Source: Rhynchobatus australiae
Taxonomy: Eukaryota
Length of the DNA stretch: 46,526 nucleotides
Assembly: GCA_034780895.1 (NCBI GenBank)
Contig: JAUZTB010000017.1
Coordinates: 23,199,566-23,246,091 of the forward strand
Reading direction: 5' to 3'
The notes under the pieces: generated by a model
Databases searched by the model: none
What the model saw: the letters and a program-made list of their open reading frames with translations, nothing else
Told to the model about the DNA's origin: nothing
Position numbers and translations under genes: made by a program
Shown here: one piece after another, positions 1 to 13,709 of the stretch
How the letters are laid out: every line of letters begins with the position of its first letter
How positions within the stretch are numbered: the first letter of the stretch is position 1

Positions 1-174
1 CACTCGTGTGGCTCCCTGGGGTGATACCCCAATCCCATATTTACAATATTTGAGGGTCTTCCTCACCTGACCCCACCCCTCCCTCTCCTGTGGCAGAAGA
101 ACCCTAGACTGTTGGCCTTCCCCCGAGCCCTTGCGTTGGCTGCGCCCAGCTTCAGGGCGTCCCTCAGCACGTAC
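1..174 (-). mobile_element. Tx1 (L1-clade) LINE, 5'-truncated: ORF2 C-terminus plus 3' UTR running off the window start
   Basis: Reverse complement of 104-174 translates YVLRDALKLGAANARA..., resembling the chondrichthyan Tx1 ORF2 end as I recall it (YVLRDALKLGAAAAKAQWGKTTV*). The segment is CpG-rich relative to flanks, so relatively young. Confidence 0.7.
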
Positions 175-1505
175 AACTAATTATGACATGAACTGAACAA
201 TATTGCAGGGCCATTCCCCATTTGTATAGCCATTGATAATACCCCTTTTAGGTTCTAGTGTCCACCCTAACGTAGTGATTCCCTGCTACTTTTTGCTGAA
301 AACTTGACTTTGTTATTCCAAAGCTGCCCTTCAGTGCAACTTCTTCTCTTCCAAAAGAGATCAGAGAAGGTAGAATTCCAAAGGATTCATTGCAACTTTC
401 AACATGTCTGCCACTGATAGGCTCCTTTGCACATTCTGCATATTAAGCAAACTTAAACTCTTCTGGTTGAAGAAGTTGAAAAGAAGCTGACATAGCAAAA
501 TAGATACTATTGATTGCACAATGGACCTTGGCAAGCTACAGTCTTGCGGAATGAGGAGGCTCTGCAATGCTATGAAGTTTCACAGGTTTATTTGAAGAGT
601 GTAGTTTAATGAAATGCATTTTTCAAAAGTAATGAATTCTTTGCCTCCCTGCAAAGAACATCAGTTACCTTACGAATACTTGCCCAACTGCAGCGTTCTG
701 ATATTTCAAAAATCCCTATAGCTACCTGAAATGATGTTGTGCCGTGAAAGTTTTGTCTGATAGCTACCCTTTCTGACACAGAAGAAGAAGTGTGAGGCAA
801 TCACCTTAACTGGAGACCTGATGCAGTAGCTGAAAGACTTGTTCAATTGCTTTGCTGGCAAAAGGTTTATTCTTATACAGATCTATTTACTGAGGCCATC
901 GTATAATTGATATTTCTTACCTCTATCATGAGCAAATAATTACTGATGCCCTGTAACAAATGTTGAAGTACACACTGCACACTATTTTTCTTTTCTTATG
1001 TAGTGCCATCTGTATTTGCTTTTTCTCCCCCTCCTCCCCATTTGATTCAGAGGTTACTCCTTAGCTACGCTTTACAACAATCATGTCAGGATTTCCAGAC
1101 CCTTGGATACATTGGAAGTTACAGACTTCTTTGTTTAAAATAATGCTCCTTCATGATTAACTAACATGAGGCATCATTTAGCACGGGTGCATTGATCTAT
1201 GTCAACTATAATCTACTACTCTTTGTCTCTGAATGCACCCCATGGAGGAAAGTTAATGGAAGACATCCAAATAAGGGAATTTGTACTCTTATAATGTAAG
1301 TATGAATCTCATGACTTCTCTTGCATCAAAATATAGAAAGCGAAACTCAGAGCTTTAACTTTCTATAGATGACTATCATTATTGTGATTAATCATGAAAT
1401 GATTCTATTTCACGCTAAGAACTGTTTTTTTGCTTCATTGATTTATTTGAAGAAGGTAGTTTAATGAAATATATCTCTCCAATTTTCTCCTTTTCTATCC
1501 TGCAG

Positions 1506-1567
1506 GCAGGGCACATGCTAGGACAAAGTTCCATGGAATATACATCACGCGAATGACTATTCTTCAG
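1506..1567 (+). CDS. Candidate internal coding exon (62 nt, phase 1 to phase 0) of an unidentified large gene; peptide (x)RAHARTKFHGIYITRMTILQ
   Basis: Strong acceptor (tctccaattttctccttttctatcctgcag| ending 1505) and donor CAG|gtatga at 1568. Exactly one of three frames is open. The exon retains CGCG in CpG-poor DNA, and flanks are non-repetitive. Confidence 0.55.
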
Positions 1568-2584
1568 GTATGAGCTTCGGCAATTAGTGTTAAGAAGCTA
1601 TGGATACCTTTAAGTTCTTGCTCTGTAAACCTTTTTTTATTTATACCACTTGTCAATGTGGGATTGATTGGCAGCCAATGGAGAAAATGATTGCATTTCT
1701 TCTAACACTAATATAATTAATATTACAGTTTGCTATTTACAATAGGAGCACCTGAACTTTGCTGTTGTCAAAGTACTCTTTCCAGCATTCACCCACAGAA
1801 ATGTAACCACACACAGAATTGTGCACTCATTTGTTATTTTCATCTACTGCAACCAATGAAGTGATGCACATTCCGAACTTGGCAGAGCTTTTCAACAATA
1901 AATAATATCGAAAAGATAATTGTCTAGAACTTTTTTCCCAATTAGCAGGGCTAAAATGGAAGTCAATGGAATTGAATTTCAGAGGCAAAGAACAATGTGC
2001 TGTCATTACCATAAGGCNNNNNNNNNNNNNNNNNNNNNNNNNNNNNNNNNNNNNNNNNNNNNNNNNNNNNNNNNNNNNNNNNNNNNNNNNNNNNNNNNNN
2101 NNNNNNNNNNNNNNNNNNNNNNNNNNNNNNNNNNNNNNNNNNNNNNNNNNNNNNNNNNNNNNNNNNNNNNNNNNNNNNNNNNNNNNNNNNNNNNNNNNNN
2201 NNNNNNNNNNNNNNNNNNNNNNNNNNNNNNNNNNNNNNNNNNNNNNNNNNNNNNNNNNNNNNNNNNNNNNNNNNNNNNNNNNNNNNNNNNAGCATACAAT
2301 CACAGACAAAGTTTGAAATGCTTTTCAACAATTTAGGAAGCTAATTGAAACAAGATGAAGAAAATATTTTCAGAGTTAATTTGGATTTCCCAATATCCAG
2401 TCTTATATGTATTTTAACTTCTATTTCCATTACTTTTTCTTTTTTTCTCTTTACCCCTCCTAAACCCATCTCTCTTGAATCATCCAATTTTTTAAATTCT
2501 TTTTCTCTTGGGTACTTTACACTTCAACTCCCTAAATGAACATCCCAATACTTCATCACTCTACAACTTCTATTTTTTAATACT

Positions 2585-3260
2585 TTTTGGGATGTGGCAA
2601 GCTCACCAAAGCCAATTCCAAATTGCCTTGAACTCATGTCCGTGAAGTGAAAATAGTTAAGCAACACTGCTCAAGAATAAGTTCCAAGATTTTAACCCAA
2701 TGACAATGAAGGAAGTGCAATGTATATTTCCAAGTCAGGATGAGTGTTTTGAAAGGAAACTTGGAGGTGATGCTGATCACAATGGCTGCTTCTAAGCCTT
2801 CCTAGGTGCGAGGGGTCATTGGTTTCAAAATTGCTGGTATAGAAGTCTTGGCAAGTTGCTCCTTTGGTTCTTGAAGACTGCACACTGGTGCAGCAGTTTT
2901 TCAGCAGTGGGAAGTATGGTAGATTTGGTACTAATTAAGTAAGGTGCTTTTCTTGAACAGTGTTAAGCTTCTTGTGTACTGTTGGAGCTACATTCATCTA
3001 TTTTTGGCCCATGAAGACACCCCCAGGATTTTGAGGGCAGGAGGTATGAGGACTGTAATTCTGTTGAAGGCAGAGTTGACATGGTTAAACTCTCTCGTTG
3101 GAGATGCGTATTGCCGGGCACTTTTATTTGGTGAGTATTATGTGTCACATACAAGTCTATGTTTGGAGTTTGTCCAGGTCATTCTTCATCATGTAAGACC
3201 TCCTATGTAAGACTGGTAATGAACACAGTCGAGCCTACAACTGTGGCAGGTTTGCACGAT
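2585..3260 (-). mobile_element. Degenerate CR1-clade LINE 3' fragment (shark/ray family whose ORF2 ends ...FKKAAHHHL)
   Basis: Shares the motif gacaatgaaggaa...tatatttccaagtcaggatg...ggaaacttggaggtg with the copies at 12325-12860 and 29235-29860. Confidence 0.6.
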
Positions 3261-3299
3261 TTGTTGATTAAGACAACTGTTTCCTCTGTTTCTCTTCTC

Positions 3300-3890
3300 A
3301 AAAAGCCCCACTCTGCCTCCTTACAACAAACAACTCCAACTGCTTCATCCTACTCTCTCTTTGCATTCCCATTCAGCTGGGAAGCAGTCTTATCAGCTTC
3401 CTTCCCTTGATGTTCACCCATTCAAGTTCTTGATTGTTGCCTGTGGATGAGCTGTCATCACCCTTATCCTCATCTCCTTCCACAATGTCAAGTCACTTGA
3501 CCACGTTCTGTGCCATCCGCAGGCATATTGCGGATGAAGGTTTAATGCAAACTTGAGTGATGAAAACTTTCCCTCTACTAAAGTTTTTCCCCTTGCCTAT
3601 ACATTGCAGTACTTTACCTGTCCTGAGGACTGCGGCTTTATAACCAAATCATCCCTTGCTCTGCCCCCTACATTTGTGGTAGTCCAGACTCTTTTGGGCT
3701 TTTTAATATCTTGTTCCAATATTCTTGTTTCTCATTTAAATTCTCACTTGCTACAACTCACGGAAGAACAAGTGTTCTCATCAAGAACTTTCCGAGGCAC
3801 TGCACCAATTAACTTCTCATCTCTTTTTTCCCCTCAGTTTCTGCTTGACATGCTGAATCTTCCCAGCATTTCTGTTTTGATTTCAGTCTC
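3300..3890 (+). mobile_element. Highly decayed Penelope-like element 3' portion
   Basis: Ends in the family terminal motif ctgcttgacatgctgaatcttcccagcatttctgttttgatttcag (3841-3886), also seen at ~17690 and ~37410. Upstream similarity is weak. Confidence 0.35.
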
Positions 3891-5715
3891 TCTGTCTTTC
3901 TATGTTTATAGCACTGCTTAAAACCAATCCGTCTATTAACTTTACCAATATTACTTCTTGTGACTGTCAAATATCAATTGATAATTGTTCTTGTGAAGCA
4001 CTTTGGGATATATTACAATGTTATATATTCCTTATAAATTAAAATTTTTGCTGTTGCTACTCTTTAATATAGGAACACCTATCTCAGTGATGACACTTGG
4101 AGCGCACAAGGTTAAATCACGTTTATGAGAATGAATTCCTGAAAATTACAGTGTCAATAGTTCTTGTTAATTTAAAAAACTACGTTTCATTCTATAAACA
4201 TTCAAATAAAGGACATCAGACATATGTTGAAACTATGGTTATCCTAATGTGAGTGAAATATATGTTATCATTTTAATAACTTCCATACATGTATGTACCA
4301 TTCTCATGAAATTTAACTTATACATAGAAAATGAAAATACATTGCAAATGTTATTTTTCAACAGTATTTACTGAAGTTTTACATGAAATGAAGAAAATGT
4401 TACTTTTTTAATGGATACAAATTTAATATGTCCAGAGGGCTTGTTTGCATGATTCATCTCACTAACCAACTCCCGTGCTTAATGCCTTTACATATGGTTG
4501 AGGTAACAGAATAATATTGAAGAAAATTAATTCCAAGATAAACACTTTGCTCAACCCTGTCTTCTCCTCTGCGGTTTCAAGCAGCTAATTTTTCACTATC
4601 ACAGTTCAGTTGTTTGGCCCACAAACACTACCTATTAACTTTTTCTCATTGCCAGTTTTCAAATGAATTTTACAGTTGTTGCAAGCATATTGATTATATT
4701 GCTGCTGCCTGCTAATCTACTAATTAGAATAAGAGATGACTAACTGTATGAAATGAATTATGCAAGAATGAAAAGTGGAAAATTATTAATGAGGGCAACT
4801 ATATGTGAGTCAAATGCAGAAGAACCAACCTGCAAATGAACAGCCAGGTCTTCAGTATTTCTAATAATTAATCAAGAACCACTTCTCTAAAAAAGCACAA
4901 TGTAAATTATTAACACCAAACGTTCTGTCACTAAAATGTAGAGCAGTGGAAGATGCAAAATTAATCACTCTGCAATCAGGCTTCCTAATCTAAAATTGCT
5001 GCCCGAAGAAATGCTTTTAGAGGTTTAGAAGTTTAAACAATTTCAGTTTTTTGCATTCTGTTTATTATGTTATCCACTGAGAACAATAGACTGGATTATT
5101 CTGGATCTGGCACTTTGTCCAAACACACCACCTTCTCCCACACTAACCTGTTCTTGACACAGAGAGTTGGTCAAGCTGACCCTCTCAACCCAAGAGGCAT
5201 CCTGTGAGGAGGAATGGGCTTAGTACTTTAAACAGGGTTCAGCCATCAGATCCCCTGGGCTCCATGCCCTATAATGGAAAATATCATAATAAAGTAAGTA
5301 ATCACTCGGCACTTAACTTTTTTCGCAGCGTCTGTGGCCTCATCCAACTGAATAGGGTTGCAGTCATTATATCAGCATAAAGCTCAGCATGTAATACTCA
5401 ATGGTAAGTCCAGTGACAGAGTGGGAAGTCATATCTACTGGCACCCAACCTCCAGCTCATCTCAGACATCTGCATTTGTCCACACTTATTCTGGAATCTG
5501 AGATGAGCAGAACCGCATACTGCAGTTAGTTGGTGTTTCTCTCTGGGCTACAGCTAAGCTTGATCCATGCCTTTATTTAAGGGTGATTTTTTTTTAATGC
5601 AAGTAAAACACCATAGACCATGAAATCATAGCATGTAAATGTGCCTACAGAATATCTATATAATCAGTGCTCTTTAACTAGCTCNNNNNNNNNNNNNNNN
5701 NNNNNNNNNNNNNNN

Positions 5716-6515
5716 GAATCCATTCTGCAGCTGATTGTTGACTTCAGGAATGGGAAGTTGGGAGAAAGTGGGCCAGTCCTCATCAGTGGGTCAGAGGTGG
5801 AGAGAGTCAGCAGCTTCAAATTCCTGGGCGTTAACACTTTGGACGACAAGTCCTGGGCCCAGCACATACAGTAGCTGCAATCACGAAGAAGGTGCACCAG
5901 TGCTTTTCTTTTCTTAGAAGCTTAAGGAGATTTGCCACGTCACCAAATACTCTGACAAAACTTCTACAGATGGACTGATGAAAGTATCTGTACCAGTTGC
6001 ATCATGGCCTGGTATGGCAATTCCAATGCACAGGCTGCAGAGGGTAATGGACACAGCCTGGTCCATGACGAGCATCACCCTCCTCATTGACAGCACCCAT
6101 TAGAGGATAGGCATCCACATCAAGGATCCCTACCATCTGGGTTATGTACTCTTCTTGCTGCTACAGTCAGGCAGGAGGTACAGAAGCCTGAAGTCGCACA
6201 CCATCTGGTTCAGGAACAACTACTTTCCTACAACCATCAGGTTCTACAACCGACCTGCTTAACAGTAATCTTACCTCAGCAATGGAACACTATGGACCTC
6301 ATTTTGCACTACTATGGACTTGTCTCTGTATTTTTTATTGCACTAATGTCTCATTTTGCACAATCCTTTTTTTCTCTTAACTGTCTTGTACAGGTTATGT
6401 ATAACTTATTGTGTGTTGTTGAACCTACATGCCTGTGATGCTGCGGCAAGTAAGTTTTTCACTGTATCTGTACCTCACTGTACTTGTGCACATGACAACA
6501 AACTTGATGACTTGA
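5716..6515 (+). mobile_element. Rex1/Babar LINE, RT C-terminal region plus 3' UTR (frameshifted)
   Basis: Translates LIVDFRNG...PVLISGSEVERVSSFKFLGVNTLDDKSWAQHI, later CIMAWYGNSNAQ and SGRRYRSLKSHT..FRNNYFPTTIRF. Tail catgacaacaaacttgatgacttga with a short terminal repeat. Confidence 0.85.
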
Positions 6516-9500
6516 TTAGCAGATATCCCAGATGAATCTGGGATTTGCTTCCAGCGCTATGCTGTGATAGAGTAGGTGGTGATGGAGTGAGGGAAAATTT
6601 GGTTGTTCCCATGGTGGAGGTTTGGATAACCTTGGGAATAGAAATCTTCAGTAGAGAATTTCTTAGATTATAATTTATATGATTGCTTATATAAATTATA
6701 TAAGCATAATAAATTATGCATATGCATAATAAATTCACCACTATAGGAACTAAATAAATTAAGAAATCAAATGGCAAATGCAAAAAAAGGAGATGAATGC
6801 ACGAATCTGTCTTCCAGTTACTGACGTTAAATACAACAAGGATAGAAGTATCACTTATTATGATACACATAACACAGTGATACATTAGCATGGAACAGAC
6901 AAATGAATGTGAATAACTGCGTGCGATGAGTTGGAATACTTTTTGAACTTTAATCATCCAAATTAAGCCAACATCGTGGTATGTGTCAATACAGTGNNNN
7001 NNNNNNNNNNNNNNNNNNNNAAATTATCTCAAATTAATGGGAGGAAAATCATTTCTTACATTCCTGAGGTTTCTTATTAATTAGGTTTGGACTGCTTCTA
7101 TGCAGTTCTTAATAGACATTAATCCACATAAAAGAGTCTATAATTCAGGACTAATTGGTACTGATTTGGCAATCTCATTCTCCAGTCAAGACCATAAGGA
7201 CTATTACTGTTATGACTAAACCTATTATGGTAGTACATAAAATTATTCTTGATGAGGAAAGATATCAAGACATTCCATCCAATTTAAACTATGTTTGGTT
7301 CAATGAAATTTTGGTAACAATCTGTTGTGTGCCCCAAAATTTTTGCAATTATAAACAAAATTATTTTATTTCATAAGAAGGGAATAGAGTGTTAGTATCT
7401 GATTTTAATCATTCAAGTTCAGCCAGATTTTCAGATTATTTTTAGAATGAATTTGAATTAGTCCAATTATAGTTAAAAATATAGTATTTAAACTTTGGAA
7501 TTTTAATCTTGGAATTGTTCTTTAACTCCTTGAAAAAAGAATATAAGAATTATGGACCATGATTTTCTAGGGCTTGAGGTATAAAGATAAGATCTTAATT
7601 GCAGGTGGAATAGTGTTTGGTCTGTCCAGATGTGGGGACAATGGAATGATTTTAATGGTTGACCCTCGTGAAAAGGCCACTTTCTGAATTCTTAAGAAGG
7701 ATGTCTGTAGAAGGAAAGAACTGACCTTCCACAGCTAAAATTGGCTGCAGGGGATCACCCCAGGGACCCAGGAATACAGACTGCCTTATGCCTGAATTTT
7801 GCTGTTAGAAGCAAAGAAACACCANNNNNNNNNNNNNNNNNNNNNNNNNNNNNNNNNNNNNNNNNNNNNNNNNNNNNNNNNNNNNNNNNNNNNNNNNNNN
7901 NNNNNNNNNNNNNNNNNNNNNNNNTTAGAAGCAAAGAAACACCACAGGAGGTGCATCTTGCAGATATTTGAGCAGAAACGCATTCTAAAGCTGTGTCTAA
8001 TCCAGTATGCTGCTCTTCAGAAGGCATCTGGAACATGTAAAGCAGGGCAAAAAACATTGTGCATCTTCGAACAAAAAAAAGAATCTAAAACAGGAAATAT
8101 AAATTAGAAAATTATGGAATGGCTGCAGCACAGGAGGAGATTATTTAGCCCAACATGTCCATACAACAGAGATGCAAAACAAGTAGAAAAAATGAAATAA
8201 ATATTGGGAAAGACAAATGGGATGAGGAGGGATTAAGATAAAAAAAGTTAAAACTCTCCAAAGTAAGCTAATTTCTGAGGTCACTTGACAGTAGGAAACA
8301 CTTCATAGGCCTTTAATAATTCACTAACTCTTGAATGCTGAATCCTTCATTTTTTTAAGTGGCTTTTCTGAAAGGAAACCAATGGACAAGCCCAGCAATT
8401 TCATGCCACTGTTTTTAAACTAATCTACCAGAGAAGATTGTTAGAGTGTCTCCTTTGAAATAAATGGTTACCTCTGGTGGCAGATTCAAAATTTTTATGT
8501 TGAACTGCATGTATGAATCCCAGATGTTTTTGTTTAACTTATTCCTTTGTAATTGTGACTGCTATTAACCTAACCATTGCTATCCACATAATACCCAGGC
8601 CTGGATTTGCTGGGCCTCTCATGGATTTAGCATCGGCTCACTAGGTTTGGATGTCATCAAACCCTGAGCAACATATTTCAAGAGGACCTATTACTTAGGA
8701 TCTTGTATCCTTAATGTGTGAACTTAAAAGTTCTGTTTGGCTACATTGGGGCTGGAACATTCTGAGCATTGTGCTAGCACCATTTTACCTAGTTCTTCTT
8801 GTTGGGTTAGTACAAGAAAGAAGGAGTTAAATCAATTCAATGATATCACAGTAACTGATTCTTAATCAGATCAACCTCCCCCCAGACAGAAAACCGAAGA
8901 TGTAGAAAATAGAAATCAGCTGTCAGAACATAGATTAGGAACATGTCTCATGTAATGAAATTAATAAGATTTATTTCCTGGATGCATAATTCGTCCATGC
9001 ATTTCCTAATTTAATTCAATCTGGGTTTGTGAACATGCAAAGTCTGAAGCTTACAGCTAAAATATATTATAAGAATAAATCTCAGTCACCTTTTATCAGT
9101 CCTTAATTTCTACCAGCTCTGCAATTTATCTGAGTTTTAACAACTGCTTCACTAATGTCATGTGATGGAGCCCATAAAAAGGCTGACTTCATATTGACTA
9201 CAAGTACAGAACCTCAGACGTAGGTGATATGTTTTTAAACTGGGGATATTTTATTGGCACCTCACTTATTCTTATCCCAATACTGTAAATCACGCTTAGA
9301 AGACATGAAATGGAATATTGCATTTAATTAGGAAACACTTGAGTTAATTGGCAAAGTACAACATATTGTTTTGGAGTCAAAATTTTACATCTGTAAAGCT
9401 TCAAGATTTCAAGTACTTATTTGGTCAAGTGTAGATATTCAAAGGAAATATAATATTCAGGCAGAAATGCATTTTGCATATATTAACATAAATGCCAATC

Positions 9501-10789
9501 ATCTGCATTTTACACAAATGTGAATGGCGTAACCTTAAACCTTCTGACTCTTCACAGAACCTGTCTAATTTTTAATGAAAGATGGTAATTGATTAAAAGT
9601 GTAAGTGGAAAGATCAGATACCTACCTACACAGTTGTTAATCCAGGTACAATCAATGCTTGCTTAATTTTGATCCCACTTTTGTTAACCAGGTTTTAACA
9701 CTTTACTTGACGAAGTCTAGCAGCAGATTTGTAGCCTTGAAGAAGCAGCTGGACAAACTGTTGGAAAGATCCAGATGAAAAGAAGGATCTTCTCATCTTC
9801 TGGCCTTAACAACCTGGCAATGTTGCTTTGGAGCTAACAGGCTGGTGAGACACTAAAATTAGATGGCAATTTTTTTGACAATAAACCAAAAATATGATGC
9901 GTGCATACAGGAACATATATCGCTGACATGGGATATACACTTGCTCCCACTGCTTATAGAGAGGGTACTGTGTTGCAAAATCTGTACCTGGAATGCATGA
10001 AACTAAAAGTTGTGGCTAAAAGTTGACCAAATTTCTATCCCAGAAAGGCATGAGGAACAGAGGAGCTTTTAAATGTATTTTTAAAATAGACTGTGGGCTA
10101 AAAGAAATGACTTGTTTTCTTTAAAGACAACTTTTTAAAATAAAACATGTTTTTATTCTTTTTCTCCAAAACCTCGTGGTCTGGCTGAAACCTTGGTTCC
10201 AAAAAATCTGGGTTCATCCCCAATGCCTTTGCAAATCTTAATGCACAAAGCATTCATTAGCTTTTCAAAATGCTATTAATACTCGATCCTTCCCTATTAA
10301 AACACCCTAGCATGATAATAACTGAAACATCAAGTAGGCTGACATTCACATAAGAAGTCATTGGACTAATTTATTTACAAAGAACCATTTCACAAACTTA
10401 CAGCAAAAGGCAAGGTTAAAATAAAGATAGTTTGGAGAGGGTTTGCTTTAATTAAGTTATCTTGGCTGTGATATTTGTAGTATAAAATGAGGGTTCGGGG
10501 CAAATTCAAAGAGCTGTTGACAGGATTGATCCTGTGTACTTATGGGAATAGACTCCTCCGTGTAGTTGCTGGGAAGAGTTATGCTTAAATGTATCAAGAG
10601 TTAAAGAGAACTGCTCAAGAGAACATGAATATTTCCAGTTAAAGTGCAGACTGCAAAGGAACATGCGAGTTAGGCTTACAGTTAAGGGTTACTGTCTAAG
10701 CTCATTAGAATACAGAGGTCATATTATTGCAAGGTATTTTAATCTCATATGATCCTCAGTAGTTATAGTATTTAATATTATTCATCTGC

Positions 10790-10986
10790 AGGAACATACA
10801 AAATAAGAGCAGGACTGGGCTATTCAGCAAGCTGAATCTGATCCAACATTCAATGCGATCCTGGCTAATCTTTTACATCTAACACAATTTTTCTGCTCTT
10901 TCCTCATACCTCTGGATTTCTTCAATATCCAAAAATCTAATGATCCCTGTTCTGAATGCAATCAATGACTGTGCTTTCAAATACCA
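10790..10986 (-). mobile_element. CR1 LINE 3' end fragment, continuing into an N gap
   Basis: Antisense CR1 tail aacatacaaaataagagcaggactgggctattcagc...cattcaatgcgatcctggctaatc...aaaaatctaatgatccctgttctgaatgcaatcaatgac. Confidence 0.65.
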
Positions 10987-12324
10987 NNNNNNNNNNNNNN
11001 NNNNNNNNNNNNNNNNNNNNNNNNNNNNNNNNNNNNNNNNNNNNNNNNNNNNNNNNNNNNNNNNNNNNNNNNNNNNNNNNNNNNNNNNNNNNNNNNNNNN
11101 NNNNNNNNNNNNNNNNNNNNNNNNNNNNNNNNNNNNNNNNNNNNNNNNNNNNNNNNNNNNNNNNNNNNNNNNNNNNNNNNNNNNNNNNNNNNNNNNNNNN
11201 NNNNNNNNNNNNNNNNNNNNNNNNNNNNNNNNNNNNNNNNNNNNNNNNNNNNNNNNNNNNNNNNNNNNNNNNNNNNNNNNNNNNNNNNNNNNNNNNNNNN
11301 NNNNNNNNNNNNNNNNNNNNNNNNNNNNNNNNNNNNNNNNNNNNNNNNNNNNNNNNNNNNNNNNNNNNNNNNNNNNNNNNNNNNNNNNNNNNNNNNNNNN
11401 NNNNNNNNNNNNNNNNNNNNNNNNNNNNNNNNNNNNNNNNNNNNNNNNNNNNNNNNNNNNNNNNNNNNNNNNNNNNNNNNNNNNNNNNNNNNNNNNNNNN
11501 NNNNNNNNNNNNNNNNNNNNNNNNNNNNNNNNNNNNNNNNNNNNNNNNNNNNNNNNNNNNNNNNNNNNNNNNNNNNNNNNNNNNNNNNNNNNNNNNNNNN
11601 NNNNNGTGAACCTTGACTACTTTAACTCACCCAAATGGATTCTTCCCAAACTTTGAGAATTGGTGTAAGAGATAACTACTATTTTTTGCAGCAAATTAAG
11701 GAATTAGCTATTTCTAAATGCAAAATAATAAATGATTGTCTTTTAGATAAGAGCACAGATAAGTCCTTAAGCAGAGTGGAATTGGGAATAGGAGTCACAC
11801 TTCCCTGAATGTGCGCAGGACTAACTGGACATTTGGCATCTGATAAGACGTCACAATTTGGCATTGTGATTTAAAGAGTTTTGTTGTATTGTGATCTAAG
11901 TTGATATAACTGTAATTTCAGGAATAATTAAATGAGTTGGTCCATTTTTGAACATATTTTATTTTATGTTTTAAAATATTTAATTTGTATATTAACATGT
12001 TAATGTCCATCAGTTTATTATCAATAACCTGAGTTAATACCATATGTTCCTAATAAAGTTATGTATTACCATGTTTCAGATTTGGCATAGAGATTGCTGA
12101 GCTGATTGGAAGTTTTTGCACTTGAGAACATTAGATTTGGTGACTTGCCTTTCTGAGTGTTGGCAATAATTTGGTGTGGAATCTTTCTGCATGACATTCC
12201 TTCCCATGTTTTGATTATCTCCAGACAAATAATTATGCACTCAGTGGCATCCAATTAAATATTTCTACTTTTGGAATATAGATTTTAACAACCAACAGAT
12301 TTTCTAATTAATTATTTTTCAGGA

Positions 12325-12860
12325 CCTGGGTAGTGATCACAAGGCCAGCATTTATCGTTAATTCCTAATTTCCACTGAGAAGCTGGTTGTGAGCTATTTC
12401 CCTGAAATTCTGCAAATCTTCTGTTCAAGATTCACCAATAATGCTATTAGGTAGGGAGTTCTAGGATTTAGAACCAGTCACAATGAAGGAACATTGATAT
12501 ATTTCCAAGTTAAGATCGTGTGCAGCTTAAAGGACAGAACGCATGTAGTGGTATTGCCATCTGCTAAATGCTCTTGTTGTTCTTGGTGGTATAGGTCATG
12601 GGTTAGCTGGAGTAGCCCAGGCAAATAACTGCAGTACATTTTGTAGATGGTATGCATGGCAGTCACTAATCATTGGTGGTATCAATCAAGCAGGTTGCTT
12701 TGTTTGGATGGTGTTTTTTTTCCTTCTTCATTCCCCACTAGCAAGTGGGGGGAATTCCAACATGATCCTTACTTGTGAGTTATAGATGCTGGAGAGATTT
12801 TGGGGTATCAGGAGTTACTCACCAGAGGGTAACAGGCCTCAGCATTCTTAACAGGCCTCA
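12325..12860 (-). mobile_element. CR1-clade LINE 3' fragment (same family as 2585-3260)
   Basis: aaggccagcatttatc...cctaatttccactgagaagctggttgtgagct...ggtagggagttctaggatttaga...caatgaaggaacattgatatatttccaagt. Confidence 0.7.
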
Positions 12861-13709
12861 GCAACTTATACAGCATTCATAATCATTTTAAAATGGAAAA
12901 AAAATAAAAGAAATTAAAATATTTTAAGACAATAGGAAGCAATTTCTAAAACTACATACATTTAAATTGCAAACAAACTCAAATCATTGTATCTGTGAAA
13001 ATGGTCATTTAGTCCCACAATGGGAATTATACTTGGTTCAGACTGCAGCATACTGGGAATTGTTGGCATGGTGCCACTCAAATTTCCCTTTATTCAGAAG
13101 CTCTGGGAGATCAGCTCCAAGCTTAGAGTTTTGAGGAAGGCTAATGCCTCCAGGTATAAATATTACTCAAGCTACTCATTGACACAAGGGGCAGTTCTAT
13201 GGGTGATATAATCATGTCACCATGAACTATGTAACTTTATAATGCTAATATTACATTAGAAATTGCATTCTGAGCATTAATTAAATTTATGGGGAAGAAA
13301 TTGAAGAAGGAAATAACAAATCAATTTTTTGAGTGGTATATTTAATTTGTTCACTTTACCTCAGATAAGACATTTGCATATGATTAAAACAGTCAATAGT
13401 TTGAACATTAGCCAGTCAGATGGAAGACTATTGAATTGCAATGTGTCATTTAGAATATGAGGCAATCAGCTATAGAAAAGACTTTATAAAATGTTTATTA
13501 ACAAGAGCCAGGTGGATAAACATAATATTAGGATGCTTTACACTTGGCTTCAGATAAACTTGGAAAATATTATCTTAATGATAAGCCTGGTATGAAATGA
13601 ACATTCAGTGGTAAGCTTATCAAGCCCAGTTCAATAATTTTACCAAGTATTGGTCCAGTATTTTCTTCTACATTTGCAAATAGATGTACACTTTTTACAC
13701 AGAACTGAA

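Noticed and set aside
6475-6957. 160-aa hydrophobic minus-strand ORF
   Set aside because: Composition (I/L/F/Y-rich) is as expected from AT-rich non-coding DNA. It runs into the Rex1 tail and has no recognisable family motif.
7805-7944. 20-bp direct repeat ttagaagcaaagaaacacca flanking a gap, resembling a TSD or CRISPR-like repeat
   Set aside because: It abuts a 100-N placeholder gap on both sides. Overlapping contig ends are the simplest explanation.
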